Of a stretch of 24,000 nucleotides of DNA, positions 1 to 8,505 are shown piece after piece (within the stretch, counting starts at the first letter, position 1; each line of letters opens with the position of its first letter). Below the pieces are notes generated by a model. The model was given only the letters and a program-made list of their open reading frames with translations, did no database searches and had not been told where the DNA came from. The stretch covers positions 45,960 through 69,959 of the forward strand of contig JAFQBW010000001.1 in NCBI GenBank assembly GCA_017399555.1, written 5' to 3'. Both the position numbers and the translations under genes were made by a program. Source of the DNA: Methanocorpusculum sp. (lineage in GTDB: Archaea; Halobacteriota; Methanomicrobia; Methanomicrobiales; Methanocorpusculaceae).

Positions 1-35
1 CTTAACCCATGCGGGACAGTAAGTCCCAAAATTCC

Positions 36-632
36 ATGATTAAAGCCGTACTCTTCGACATGGACAACACCCTGCATCACCTGGATGCCGCAGTGCTTGC
101 CGCAGCGGATGCGGTGTTTTGTTACTGCAAAGAGGAGTTTGCCGCATCCCTTTCCCTTCTCTCCTGTACTGCATCAGAGCGGGAGGATGCAGTAATCGAC
201 TGCCTCCGCGGTCTGCAGAACCCGGTTCCCTGCCTCTGGCTTTACCAGAAACTGGAAGAGGCATGCACCGACGGCTTCCCGGAGACCGGAGCAATCCTGC
301 GTGAACTGAAAAACCGCGGCTGCAAACTTGCCGTGTTCACCAAAGCAGACGGGGCGGAAGTCATCCCGCGGCTGCAGATGCTTGGTTTGCTTTCGTACTT
401 TGATGCGGTCTATACCGGAGAGTACTTCGCCTACCGAAAACCGGTCCATAACCCGTATGCCGAGGTCCTTCTCTCCCTCGGATTCTACGCAGACGAAGGC
501 GCATTTGTGGATGCCGAACTCATGGAACGCCTGCGGGAACATCCGCCGGAGCACGCCCTCCCGTTTCTGGAGGAACACGTGAAAACACTCCGGAGAACAA
601 ACATCCGCCTGCGCCGGATATGGAAGTACTGA
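36..632 (+). CDS. HAD-superfamily hydrolase (phosphatase-like)
   Basis: ORF 9..632. HAD motif I DMDNTL (DxDxT) begins 7 residues after the Met at 36. A Lys-containing motif (FTKADG) is present and the C-terminal acidic motif is degenerate (FVDAEL). Start 36 is preferred over 9 because motif I normally sits at the extreme N-terminus. Confidence 0.7.
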   Translation: MIKAVLFDMDNTLHHLDAAVLAAADAVFCYCKEEFAASLSLLSCTASEREDAVIDCLRGLQNPVPCLWLYQKLEEACTDGFPETGAILRELKNRGCKLAVFTKADGAEVIPRLQMLGLLSYFDAVYTGEYFAYRKPVHNPYAEVLLSLGFYADEGAFVDAELMERLREHPPEHALPFLEEHVKTLRRTNIRLRRIWKY

Positions 633-728
633 CGCCGGAAGAATGCCGGTAATGTATATTGAATTTAGTTGATAAATTAAATAAATTTACAAAAACATAT
701 TTATCAAATTGCCGCGAATGAGATATTC

Positions 729-1532
729 ATGAAACAGGGAAAATGTTGGGCAGTCGTTGCCCTCTGTATCTGCCTTCTCCTGGCAGTAACCGCCGCAGGC
801 TGTATCAGCCAGCCGGCAGAAGAGACTGAGATTACGGTATTTGCCGCCGCATCCTTAACCGGTGCCTTAACCGAACTCGGCGAAGAGTTCGAAAAAGCCA
901 ATCCAGGAATCCATGTCGTCTACAACTTCGCCGGAAGCCAGACCTTAAAGACCCAGATTTTAGAAGGAGCTGACTGCGACCTCTACATCTCCGCAAACAG
1001 CAAACAGTTTGACCCGATCGCAGAAGCAGGACTCATCGAAGACAAGAAGATTCTCCTGCAGAACAAACTCGGCATCGCTGTAGTCAAAGGCAACCCGCTT
1101 GGAATCAAGAACCTCGGCGACCTTGCCGGAAGCGGTGTTGAGCTTGCTGTCGGTGATGAATCCGTTCCGTTTGGTCAGTACACCAGAGATATCATCAGCA
1201 ACTACCAGGACGACGGTCACGCAGGATACGTTGACGCATTCATGGGCAACGTCGTAACCCAGGTTGACGCAGTTGACAAAGTCAAGTCATACTTAACCTT
1301 AGGTGAAGCAGACGCATCCATTGTCTATGTCTCCGACATCTCCAAAGCAGACAAGGAGTCTCTTGACATCCTCGAAATCCCTGACCAATACAACGTCATT
1401 GCCGACTACCCGTATGGAATCCTCAGGAACACCGAAAACAAAAAGGCTGTCGAGACCTTCGAAGTATTCGTAACCGGCCCTGCGGGCAGTGCACTTCTCC
1501 TCGACTACGGCTTCAGCCCGATATCTGCATAA
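729..1532 (+). CDS. modA: Molybdate/tungstate ABC transporter substrate-binding lipoprotein
   Basis: N-terminal signal with lipobox-like LAVTAAGC. ModA-type binding-protein motifs are present (VFAAASL, NFAGSQTL, IVYVSD). Permease and ATPase genes follow immediately. Confidence 0.88.
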   Translation: MKQGKCWAVVALCICLLLAVTAAGCISQPAEETEITVFAAASLTGALTELGEEFEKANPGIHVVYNFAGSQTLKTQILEGADCDLYISANSKQFDPIAEAGLIEDKKILLQNKLGIAVVKGNPLGIKNLGDLAGSGVELAVGDESVPFGQYTRDIISNYQDDGHAGYVDAFMGNVVTQVDAVDKVKSYLTLGEADASIVYVSDISKADKESLDILEIPDQYNVIADYPYGILRNTENKKAVETFEVFVTGPAGSALLLDYGFSPISA

Positions 1533-1538
1533 GTATTC

Positions 1539-2360
1539 ATGAACCGCCAGACAAACCGCAAAACCGCAGCACGCGTCGGGACAACCGTCCTGACCGCGGC
1601 CCTGATTTTTCTCTTTCTGCTATTTATCACCCTCCCGCTGATTTCGCTGTTTACCCGCATATCGCCAGCAGATATGCTGACGGCGCTGACGTCTCCTTCC
1701 GCACTGCAGGCGCTTGCCCTCAGCGCGGCAACGGCACTTGTCTCGACGGTAATCGTCATCCTCTTTGGAACGCCGCTTGCCTACATTAATGCCCGCGTCC
1801 GCTATCCGGGACGAAACATCGTCGATACGCTGACCGACCTGCCCATTGTCCTGCCGCCGACCGTAGCCGGTCTGGCACTGCTGACGGCGTTTGGCGCAAA
1901 CGGCATGCTCGGGCAGTACTTTTCTCTTTTCGGCATCAAAATCGCCTTTACCACCGTAGCGGTTGTTATTGCGCAGATTTTTGTTGCGTCTCCTTTCTAC
2001 ATCCGGCAGGCCCGTGCAAGCTTTGAAGCGGTGGATGCGGAGTATGAGTATGCCTCCCGCACGCTTGGTGCAGGCGTTGTTACTACCTTCTTCCGCGTAA
2101 CACTGCCGCTTGCCGCAGGCTCGCTTCTCTCCGGCATCATCATGACCTTCGCCCGGGCGCTCGGCGAGTTCGGCGCGACGATGATGTTCGCCGGAAATCT
2201 GCCGGGCAAAACCCAGACCATGCCGCTTGCAATTTACGGCGAGATGCAAAGCGATATGGCGGTATCCATTGCCCTTTCGATTGTGCTGGTGCTGTTTTCC
2301 TTCGCGATTATTCTGATTGTCAAGTATCTTGGAAACCGGGAGGCGGTAAAGTATGCTTAA
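1539..2360 (+). CDS. modB: Molybdate ABC transporter permease
   Basis: Multi-TM protein with an EAA-loop-like segment (ASRTLGAGVVTTFFRVTLPLAAG). It starts 6 nt after the modA stop, and its 3' end overlaps the modC start by 8 nt. Confidence 0.9.
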   Translation: MNRQTNRKTAARVGTTVLTAALIFLFLLFITLPLISLFTRISPADMLTALTSPSALQALALSAATALVSTVIVILFGTPLAYINARVRYPGRNIVDTLTDLPIVLPPTVAGLALLTAFGANGMLGQYFSLFGIKIAFTTVAVVIAQIFVASPFYIRQARASFEAVDAEYEYASRTLGAGVVTTFFRVTLPLAAGSLLSGIIMTFARALGEFGATMMFAGNLPGKTQTMPLAIYGEMQSDMAVSIALSIVLVLFSFAIILIVKYLGNREAVKYA

Positions 2361-3414
2361 TGCGTATCTGAAAAAGGAACTGCGGGATTTCACGCTCGAT
2401 GCGGAGCTCACCGTAGAAGACGGCGAAACCCTGGCACTTCTCGGCAGTAACGGGGCTGGAAAGTCCACTATACTAAAGCTCCTTGCCGGGCTGATGAAGC
2501 CGGACGAGGGAAGAATTGAACTGGGCGGTCTCGTCCTTTCTGATACGGCGAAGCGGATTTTCCGTCCGGCGGAGGAGCGGAGAGTCGGCTATATGTTCCA
2601 GAACTATGCGCTCTTTCCCCACATGACCGCCCGGGAAAACATTGCGTACGGGCTTTTGATGCAGAAACTGCCAAAGCGGGACTGTGCGCTTCGGGTAGGT
2701 GAACTGCTGGAAACGCTCGGACTTTCTGAGGTTGCAGATGAGCCGGTGGCGAAGCTTTCCGGCGGTCAGCGGCAGAGAACGGCTCTTGCCCGTGCGCTTG
2801 CGCCGCATCCGGCGCTTCTGCTGCTGGATGAACCGCTTTCCGCGCTGGATTCCAAAACGCAGGAGAGACTGCGGGGCACGCTTGCCGGCGTTATCCGGCA
2901 GGAGGAGATTCCCTGCATTCTCGTGACGCACTCGGTTCTGGATACGCTGTCTGTTGCTGATACCACCGCGGTTCTTGAACGCGGCAGAATCACTGCCCGC
3001 GGAACGCCGGAGGAGATTGTGCATAATCCGGCGTACGGGTTTGCGACAGCAGAGAATCCGAATATGTTCCGCGGTTCGGTGTGGGTAAAAGAAAGCGGTG
3101 CGGTCTGTGTCCGGGTGGGATGTGTGGATTTCCGTGCGGTAACAACGCTTTCCGGCGTGGTTACGGTATCCATCCGGCCGGAGGAGCTGATTTTATCCCG
3201 TTCGCGTCTTGAATCAACGGCGGTGAATTCGTTTGCCGGGCGGATTGTAAAAATTGCGGATGCGCCGGAGGCCGGTACAAAGTTTGTGCAGGTGGATATC
3301 GGAATCCCGCTTACTGCGGCAGTAACACAGCAGTCGGTTGAGCGGCTGGCGTTTACCGAAGGCGAACGGGTAACGGTGACCTGCAAGGCAACCGCGGTGA
3401 ATGTGTTCGGGTAA
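2353..3414 (+). CDS. modC: Molybdate ABC transporter ATP-binding protein with C-terminal TOBE/Mop-like domain
   Basis: Walker A GSNGAGKST, ABC signature LSGGQRQR, Walker B LLLLDEP. A ~120-aa C-terminal extension is typical of ModC. Confidence 0.9.
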   Translation: MLNAYLKKELRDFTLDAELTVEDGETLALLGSNGAGKSTILKLLAGLMKPDEGRIELGGLVLSDTAKRIFRPAEERRVGYMFQNYALFPHMTARENIAYGLLMQKLPKRDCALRVGELLETLGLSEVADEPVAKLSGGQRQRTALARALAPHPALLLLDEPLSALDSKTQERLRGTLAGVIRQEEIPCILVTHSVLDTLSVADTTAVLERGRITARGTPEEIVHNPAYGFATAENPNMFRGSVWVKESGAVCVRVGCVDFRAVTTLSGVVTVSIRPEELILSRSRLESTAVNSFAGRIVKIADAPEAGTKFVQVDIGIPLTAAVTQQSVERLAFTEGERVTVTCKATAVNVFG

Positions 3415-3459
3415 AAAAGGGGAAAACCCTTTCTTATTGCGGATTTCTCCCAACCGCCA

Positions 3460-3693
3460 AAGCAACGCGATAGCGTTGCGGAACAGCGGAGGAGCGATAA
3501 GCGACTAAGCGACACCGCCTCACCAAACGTATATTTAATATTCGCGTAAATTCGCGTGTCTATCCTCTATGCCTCGGTTTGAATAATCTAAACACGCGGA
3601 TTTACACGAATCAGAAGGAAACACTTGAACAAGACGTAGTCATTCCGTCGCTTATCGCTCCTCCGCTGTTCACGCAACGCTATCGCGTTGCTT
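3460..3693. repeat. MITE-like long-hairpin element, copy A (~234 bp)
   Basis: The 46-nt arm aagcaacgcgatagcgttgcggaacagcggaggagcgataagcgac (3460-3505) is nearly perfectly complementary to 3647-3693. An inner inverted pair is ttcgcgtaaattcgcgtgt (3541-3559) / acacgcggatttacacgaa (3592-3610). Each outer arm also holds its own 7-bp hairpin, gcaacgc-gata-gcgttgc. A second copy lies at 5076-5310. Confidence 0.75.
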
Positions 3694-3730
3694 CATGAAG
3701 TTTTTGAAAAATAGGGTTTGTCAGAAATCT

Positions 3731-4996
3731 TCAGATTTTCTTTTCCAGTGCCTGCTCAACGATTTTTATCGCACATAAGTCGCCGCACATCGAGCAGGTC
3801 TCGCATTCCCCGTCACGGTCATGGACTTCTTTTGCGTGTGCACCAAAGAGCGCTGCCGCATACTGCCGCTCCCAGTCCAGCGCATGACGTGCTTCGCCCA
3901 TCTCGGTTTCGCGGGCGAGCGCGTCCTCGCGTCTGCGGGCAAGGTCGCCGATATGTGCGGCAATCTTTGCCGTCCGCGTGCCTTCGATGATATCTGTGGT
4001 ATTCGGAAGCGCCAGATGCTCTGCGGGGGATACCATGCAGAGGAAGTCTGCGCCGGCAGAGGCCGCGGCCGCCCCGCCGATGGCGCCGGTGATATGGTCA
4101 TAGCCCGGGGCGATGTCAGTTACGAGCGGCCCTAACAGATACAGCGGGGCAAAGCCGGTAATCTCCTTAATCATTTTGACATTGTAGGAAATCTCCGCAT
4201 AGTCCATATGTCCCGGACCTTCAATCATGCGGAAAATCCCCTTTTCATGGGCACGGCGGGCAAGTTTTCCAAGGGTTATATACTCCTGCGACTTGGCAAG
4301 CTTTGCGGAATCCACATATGCGCCGGGCCGCATGCCGTCGCCTAAGGAAATCGGGATGTCGTACTCATCCAGAATTTCCAGCAGATAATCATACTCTTTG
4401 TAGAGTGGGTTCTCCTCGCCGGTTGAAAGCATCATTGCTGTGTGGAATGACCCTCCGCGGGAGACCACACCCATTGTCCGCGGGTCAAGCTTTAATGCGT
4501 CAAGCACTTCAAGATTTACTCCGCAGTGCAGGGTCATGAAGTCCACGCCTTCCTTTGCCTGGTCGCGGATGGTGTTAAAGAGCGTGTCCGCATCCAAATC
4601 CACCACGTTTCCGGCTCTGCGGACCGCCTCATAAATCGGGACGGTGCCGACCGGAATTTCCAGCTTGAGAATCTCGCGCCGCATTGCCCGCAGGTCTCCG
4701 CCGGTTGAGAGGTCCATAATCGCATCTGCACCGTTTGCGATTGCCGCCTTCGCTTTTTCAATTTCTGTCTCCGGCGAGCAGTTGATACCGGACGTTCCGA
4801 TATTTACGTTGACCTTCACCGAAGCGCCGTCGCCGATAGCACAGGGTGCGTAGGGGCGGCGGTCATTTTTCAGCACAATGCAGCGTCCGGCGCGAATATC
4901 CCGTGCAAGACGTTCTACGGCGATATTTTCCTTCTTTGCGACATCAGCAATCGAGGAGAGGTCACCTGCCGTAAGCGATTTGAGTATGTCGTGCAT
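3731..4996 (-). CDS. thiC: Phosphomethylpyrimidine synthase (radical-SAM HMP-P synthase)
   Basis: 421-aa ORF with ThiC-typical sequence throughout (NIGTS..., DLSTGG, TLHCGV, VSRGG, GPGH) and the C-terminal CX2CX4C cluster motif CSMCGDLCAIK. Confidence 0.95.
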   Translation of the reverse strand: MHDILKSLTAGDLSSIADVAKKENIAVERLARDIRAGRCIVLKNDRRPYAPCAIGDGASVKVNVNIGTSGINCSPETEIEKAKAAIANGADAIMDLSTGGDLRAMRREILKLEIPVGTVPIYEAVRRAGNVVDLDADTLFNTIRDQAKEGVDFMTLHCGVNLEVLDALKLDPRTMGVVSRGGSFHTAMMLSTGEENPLYKEYDYLLEILDEYDIPISLGDGMRPGAYVDSAKLAKSQEYITLGKLARRAHEKGIFRMIEGPGHMDYAEISYNVKMIKEITGFAPLYLLGPLVTDIAPGYDHITGAIGGAAAASAGADFLCMVSPAEHLALPNTTDIIEGTRTAKIAAHIGDLARRREDALARETEMGEARHALDWERQYAAALFGAHAKEVHDRDGECETCSMCGDLCAIKIVEQALEKKI

Positions 4997-5018
4997 AGTC
5001 TGGAAAATAATTTCTGCT

Positions 5019-5033
5019 GATTATAAATATACT
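5019..5033 (-). promoter_or_regulatory. Candidate TATA box for thiC
   Basis: The minus strand reads aagtATATTTATAAtcag, 25-35 nt upstream of the thiC ATG (4996). This spacing implies a leaderless or very short-leader mRNA. It is the only AT-rich box between thiC and repeat copy B. Confidence 0.4.
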
Positions 5034-5075
5034 TGGCGGTGGGAAAGAGGGTAAGGATTCACTTTCCTTTACGGA

Positions 5076-5310
5076 AGCAATACGATAGTGTTGCGTTACA
5101 GAAAGCGAACGATAAGTGAAGCTTTCGTCCTCCCCACAATCAAATCCAGCGTATAAATTCGCGTAGATTCTCGTGTTCTTTCCCTCTATCCGCGGTTAGA
5201 ATATTGATAAACACGCGAATTTACACGAATCAAAAGAATACGCTTGAACTAAACGGAGTCGCTTCGTCGCTTATCGCGACTCCGCTGTTTCGCAACACTA
5301 TCGTGTTGCT
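5076..5310. repeat. MITE-like long-hairpin element, copy B (~235 bp)
   Basis: Same architecture and same orientation as copy A. Left arm is aagcaatacgatagtgttgcgttacagaaagcgaacgataagtgaagc. The inner pair is ataaattcgcgtagattctcgtgt / acacgcgaatttacacgaa. Right arm is gtcgcttatcgcgactccgctgtttcgcaacactatcgtgttgct. The arms are more diverged than in copy A. Confidence 0.75.
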
Positions 5311-5340
5311 CTTTGCTGTTTTTCAAAAAAGCAGCGGGAC

Positions 5341-6087
5341 TTAGAGTCCCATAAATGCGGCTGCATTATTATAGAACACATTTTCCAGAGCATCTTCTGC
5401 AAGACCGCAGGAGAGCACCCGCTGAATCTCGACACTTGGGTGGTGGAACGGGGAATCGATGCCGAACATCACTCTGTCTGCTCCCACTGTCTCATACGCA
5501 TTTTTAATCTGGCATCCCATTGGCATACCGGAGACTTCCAGATAGAGGTTGTCGTACTTCTTTGCCATGGTGATACTTGCATCGATATAGACACCGTGCC
5601 CGTGTCCCATGTGAATCATGACGATTGGGACATCCGGATGCCGCTCGGCAAGCAGTCCAATCTGCCAGGGAAGGGAAAACGGCGGGTGTCCGCAGTGGAT
5701 AAAGACCGGTTTTTTGTATTTCCGTGCGGTTTCCATAATCGGGTCAACCAGCGGTGAGTCGGCGGTAAATCCGTCAAACAGCGGCTGCATCTTAACCCCG
5801 GCAAAGCCTTCGTCTTTCAGGTAGTGTTCCAGTTCGGCCACCGCGGCATCGCCGAGATTTGCGTTTACCCAGCACAGCGGAATGACCTTGTCCGGGTGTG
5901 CTTTGTATGCCGCGTTTACTTCTTCGTTGAGCATGTATGCCGCAGGACAGAGGATGGTCTTTTCGATGTTGAAGGTCTCCATCTGGGACAGCAGGCGGTT
6001 CATATCAAAATTTACGTTGAACGGACTGCCGAAGTTTCCAATATGGGTGTGGGCATCGATTTTCTTATGCCGGAAAAATTCATCCAT
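5341..6087 (-). CDS. Amidohydrolase-2 family metal-dependent TIM-barrel hydrolase
   Basis: N-terminal metal-binding motif IDAHTHIG (HxH), later HCGHP and IHMGHGHG His clusters, and a late Asp (FGIDSPF). Confidence 0.8.
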   Translation of the reverse strand: MDEFFRHKKIDAHTHIGNFGSPFNVNFDMNRLLSQMETFNIEKTILCPAAYMLNEEVNAAYKAHPDKVIPLCWVNANLGDAAVAELEHYLKDEGFAGVKMQPLFDGFTADSPLVDPIMETARKYKKPVFIHCGHPPFSLPWQIGLLAERHPDVPIVMIHMGHGHGVYIDASITMAKKYDNLYLEVSGMPMGCQIKNAYETVGADRVMFGIDSPFHHPSVEIQRVLSCGLAEDALENVFYNNAAAFMGL

Positions 6088-6154
6088 GTATGGATGTTGG
6101 GGGTATGAGGATTTAGGGTTTTTCCCGGGGCATGGCTGCTGTTACCGTTTCCGC

Positions 6155-6349
6155 TCAGGTCTTTGCAAGCGACCTGCCGAAGAAAAAGACGCCAAGAAGC
6201 ATTACCCCGACTGCAAGTCCCAGAAACAGCCCGGAAAGAAAATCCATCAGGTCAGTTCCGCCAAGGACGCGGGAAATTAAAAGGAGAAGAACTCCTCCGC
6301 CAAGCAGACCGCAGCCGGTAAAGAGGAGCTTCTGTTTTTCTGTCTGCAT
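6155..6349 (-). CDS. Small two-TM membrane protein (64 aa), function unknown
   Basis: Two clear hydrophobic helices (LLFTGCGLLGGGVLLLLI and FLSGLFLGLAVGVMLLGVFFF). The ATG lies 1 nt after the stop of the upstream flavoprotein gene (TAA-g-ATG), which suggests translational coupling. Confidence 0.5.
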   Translation of the reverse strand: MQTEKQKLLFTGCGLLGGGVLLLLISRVLGGTDLMDFLSGLFLGLAVGVMLLGVFFFGRSLAKT

Positions 6350-6350
6350 C

Positions 6351-6920
6351 TTATTTTCTCAGCTGGATAATCAGCTCAGCAACATTTGCCGCAAAGGTCT
6401 GTAAGGTCTGCATACCCTCTGCATCCTCGCCGACCTCTCCCGGTGCGTTTCCGAATGCGATGTTCCAGTAGGTAGAACCGCAGACCGTCATGCCGGAGAT
6501 AAAAAACGACATCAGCATCTCCTGAAGCGTGGAGGTAAGCCCTCCGCGGCGTGCAACAACAACCGGGCCGCCAACCTTTCCGGCAAGCCAGTTTCCGTTC
6601 TTTCTTGCCACCATGCTGGTTCTCTGGAGCAGGTTCATCACATCACCTCTGGCCGTTCCGAAGTACACCGGAGCGCCGATAATGAATCCCTTTGCCTCCT
6701 GAATTGCCGGAAGCATCTCATTTAAATCGTCCTTTAATGCACAGCAGTTCTGCTCGCCGCATCTGCCGCAGGCGATACAGCCGTGAATCTGCTTTCCGCG
6801 AAGGGAGATAATCTCAGCCGTTAATCCGTGCTTTTCAATCTCTTCTTTGCATACATTTAACGCATATTCAGTATTTCCGTTTGCCCGCGGGCTGCCGGAG
6901 ATTAAAACAACATCTGCCAT
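6351..6920 (-). CDS. isf: Iron-sulfur flavoprotein (NADPH-dependent FMN reductase fold, Isf-like)
   Basis: FMN-reductase motif ISGSPRANGNTE and a compact Cys cluster CIACGRCGEQNCC, as in methanogen Isf. Start chosen at MADVVLISGSPR (6920). The longest ORF (to 6977) would overlap the upstream gene by 20 nt. Confidence 0.8.
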   Translation of the reverse strand: MADVVLISGSPRANGNTEYALNVCKEEIEKHGLTAEIISLRGKQIHGCIACGRCGEQNCCALKDDLNEMLPAIQEAKGFIIGAPVYFGTARGDVMNLLQRTSMVARKNGNWLAGKVGGPVVVARRGGLTSTLQEMLMSFFISGMTVCGSTYWNIAFGNAPGEVGEDAEGMQTLQTFAANVAELIIQLRK

Positions 6921-6957
6921 ATCAGTATATGTCAGTGTCCGAAGTAAAAAAGAGTTA

Positions 6958-7374
6958 TTAGTATTCGCCGGAAACAACCCGGGTATTCTTGCCCATCAGT
7001 TTTCCGCACTGGATTTTTCCCATGACCAGAATGTTGTTTCCTCTGACTTCAGAAGAGATTACATCCTTTCGCAGGTACACATCTCCTGTACTGATAATCC
7101 GGTGAACCGATGCTCCGTCGCAGATGCGAAGCTCTCCGTCCTCTGCAATTAAATCTCCTTCAATCACACATCCGCGGCAGATGACGCCTCCTTTGCAGGT
7201 GACATTTCCTTTTACATGGGATTCCGGACACAGATAGATATTACCGGATACCACAATGTCTTTCCAAAACTCGGTACGGGGCGGTACCAGAAAGTCTCCG
7301 TCGATTTTTACCGAACCCTCGTAGTATGAGCCGCGTTCGGCCATGTGAAGTGTATCCTGTACAAATATTGCCAT
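6958..7374 (-). CDS. Bactofilin-like (polymer-forming cytoskeletal, beta-helix repeat) protein
   Basis: Degenerate short repeats of the type V.G.V...G.V.I..G..V.G.I (VVSGNIYLCPESHVKGNVTCKGGVICRGCVIEGDLIAEDGELRICDGASV...). These are characteristic of DUF583/bactofilin proteins annotated in methanogens. Confidence 0.6.
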   Translation of the reverse strand: MAIFVQDTLHMAERGSYYEGSVKIDGDFLVPPRTEFWKDIVVSGNIYLCPESHVKGNVTCKGGVICRGCVIEGDLIAEDGELRICDGASVHRIISTGDVYLRKDVISSEVRGNNILVMGKIQCGKLMGKNTRVVSGEY

Positions 7375-7438
7375 ATCTATCCCTGCTGTATGCTTAACTA
7401 TTCCTTTTACTCCCTAATAAGTTCTCCTGCCGGTATCC

Positions 7439-8290
7439 TCAGATTAGGAACCGGCTGAGGATAGCGGATACGAAGAAGACCAGAGTTGCGGCGAACATGC
7501 CGGTTTTCATGGTGCGGGATATTTTTGCTGCCTGTACTTCTTCGGGCGTTTTGCAGGAGAGGATTTTTGCGGCAGACGTAATCAGGAAGACATCGACTGC
7601 GGAGATAAAGCATGCGTAGGGCAGTCCCCAGTAGAGAACAGGGATGAATGCTGTTCCTGCGGCGCATATCATGCAGACAAATGCGGTGATTCCTGCAGTA
7701 TTTATGCCGGCAAGCATCGGGAATGTGTATGCTCCTTCGGTTTCGTCTTCCTTGATGTTTTCTGCATCCTTTACAATCTCGCGGGCGAGGGTGGCAAAGA
7801 AGGTAACCAGGAACAGAGGCGCTGTTAAGAGGAAGGATTCGGCACCTACCGCCATTCCCCCGAAGAGGAAGACACTGCCGGAGAGGTATGCCACACAGAC
7901 GTTGCCAATTACTGGCATGCGCTTGAAGCTGGTTGAGTAGAGAATCAGCAGGAGGATGTTGACAACAGCAAGCCAGGGACACCAGGGACCCAGGGGAAGC
8001 GAGCAGAGAAATCCTGCGGCAAAGAGTATGCAGGTGAGAATCAGTCCGCCGGCAACCGTTGCTTTGCCGCTTGGAATCGGTCGCTTCGGGTGGTTTATCC
8101 GGTCGATGTCTGCATCAAAGCAGTCGTTTACGGCGTTTCCTGCTCCGCAGATAGAGGTAACAGCACAGAAGAGAAGCAGGGCAGATATCCATTCCGTCCC
8201 TCCGGTAATCCAGAATGCCAGCGCCGCGGCCGCACCTGCTGCCGCTGCATTTCCCGGACGGGTGATTTTGAAATATCCTGCTGCGGACAT
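7439..8290 (-). CDS. Digeranylgeranylglyceryl phosphate synthase (UbiA prenyltransferase family)
   Basis: Polytopic membrane protein with the UbiA Asp-rich motif NAVNDCFDADIDRINHPKRPIPSG and a second acidic motif region (KDAENIKEDE). Its size (283 aa) is typical of archaeal DGGGPS. Confidence 0.85.
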   Translation of the reverse strand: MSAAGYFKITRPGNAAAAGAAAALAFWITGGTEWISALLLFCAVTSICGAGNAVNDCFDADIDRINHPKRPIPSGKATVAGGLILTCILFAAGFLCSLPLGPWCPWLAVVNILLLILYSTSFKRMPVIGNVCVAYLSGSVFLFGGMAVGAESFLLTAPLFLVTFFATLAREIVKDAENIKEDETEGAYTFPMLAGINTAGITAFVCMICAAGTAFIPVLYWGLPYACFISAVDVFLITSAAKILSCKTPEEVQAAKISRTMKTGMFAATLVFFVSAILSRFLI

Positions 8291-8422
8291 AGATACCTAT
8301 CTATTGGTCAGTTCAAAGGAAAAAGCTGTTAGTAGCGGTACAGGCTTCTTTTTCCGGACACGGAGATACGGGCGATGGAAAAGCATAATATCACTGATAC
8401 GCAAATTATAAGAATAGATTTT

Positions 8423-8497
8423 GGACATATAGCCAAGCCAGGATATGGCATCAGCCTCCTAAGCTGAAGATCCAGGGTTCGAATCCCTGTATGTCCG
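8423..8497 (+). tRNA. tRNA-Arg (anticodon CCT)
   Basis: Hand-folded cloverleaf. Acceptor GGACATA/TATGTCC plus discriminator G. D arm GCCA...TGGC. Anticodon stem TCAGC/GCTGA with loop CTCCTAA (anticodon CCT). T arm CAGGG-TTCGAAT-CCCTG. No intron and no encoded CCA. Confidence 0.9.
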
Positions 8498-8505
8498 TGA
8501 TTTTT

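Noticed and set aside
640-728. ModE-type operator or other palindromic regulator site upstream of modA
   Set aside because: The region is AT-rich with short taaatt/aattta self-complementary runs. Nothing resembles a defined ModE-like dyad, and AT-rich palindromes of this size are expected by chance.
1620-3515. Long antisense ORFs opposite modB/modC (1620..2468, 282 aa; 2473..3024; 2766..3515, 249 aa)
   Set aside because: Their products are Arg/Ser/Cys-rich and low-complexity, with no motifs. They lie exactly opposite genes with unambiguous ABC-transporter motifs. These are typical shadow ORFs.
4997-5340. TPP riboswitch upstream of thiC
   Set aside because: The region is occupied by the MITE-like element. 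Only ~25-35 nt separate the TATA-like box from the ATG. I find no CUGAGA / ACCUGAUCUGGAUAAUGCCAGCG-type TPP aptamer motifs on the minus strand.
7407-7982. 191-aa ORF out of frame with the DGGGPS gene on the same strand, plus other shadow ORFs in thiC, acd, pheA and pan
   Set aside because: Each overlaps a motif-supported gene, has biased Arg/Cys/His composition and has no recognisable family features.
8491-8505. Longest-ORF start of trm1 at 8491
   Set aside because: Codons 1-3 would be the 3' acceptor strand of tRNA-Arg. The Met at 8506 gives a normal Trm1 N-terminus.
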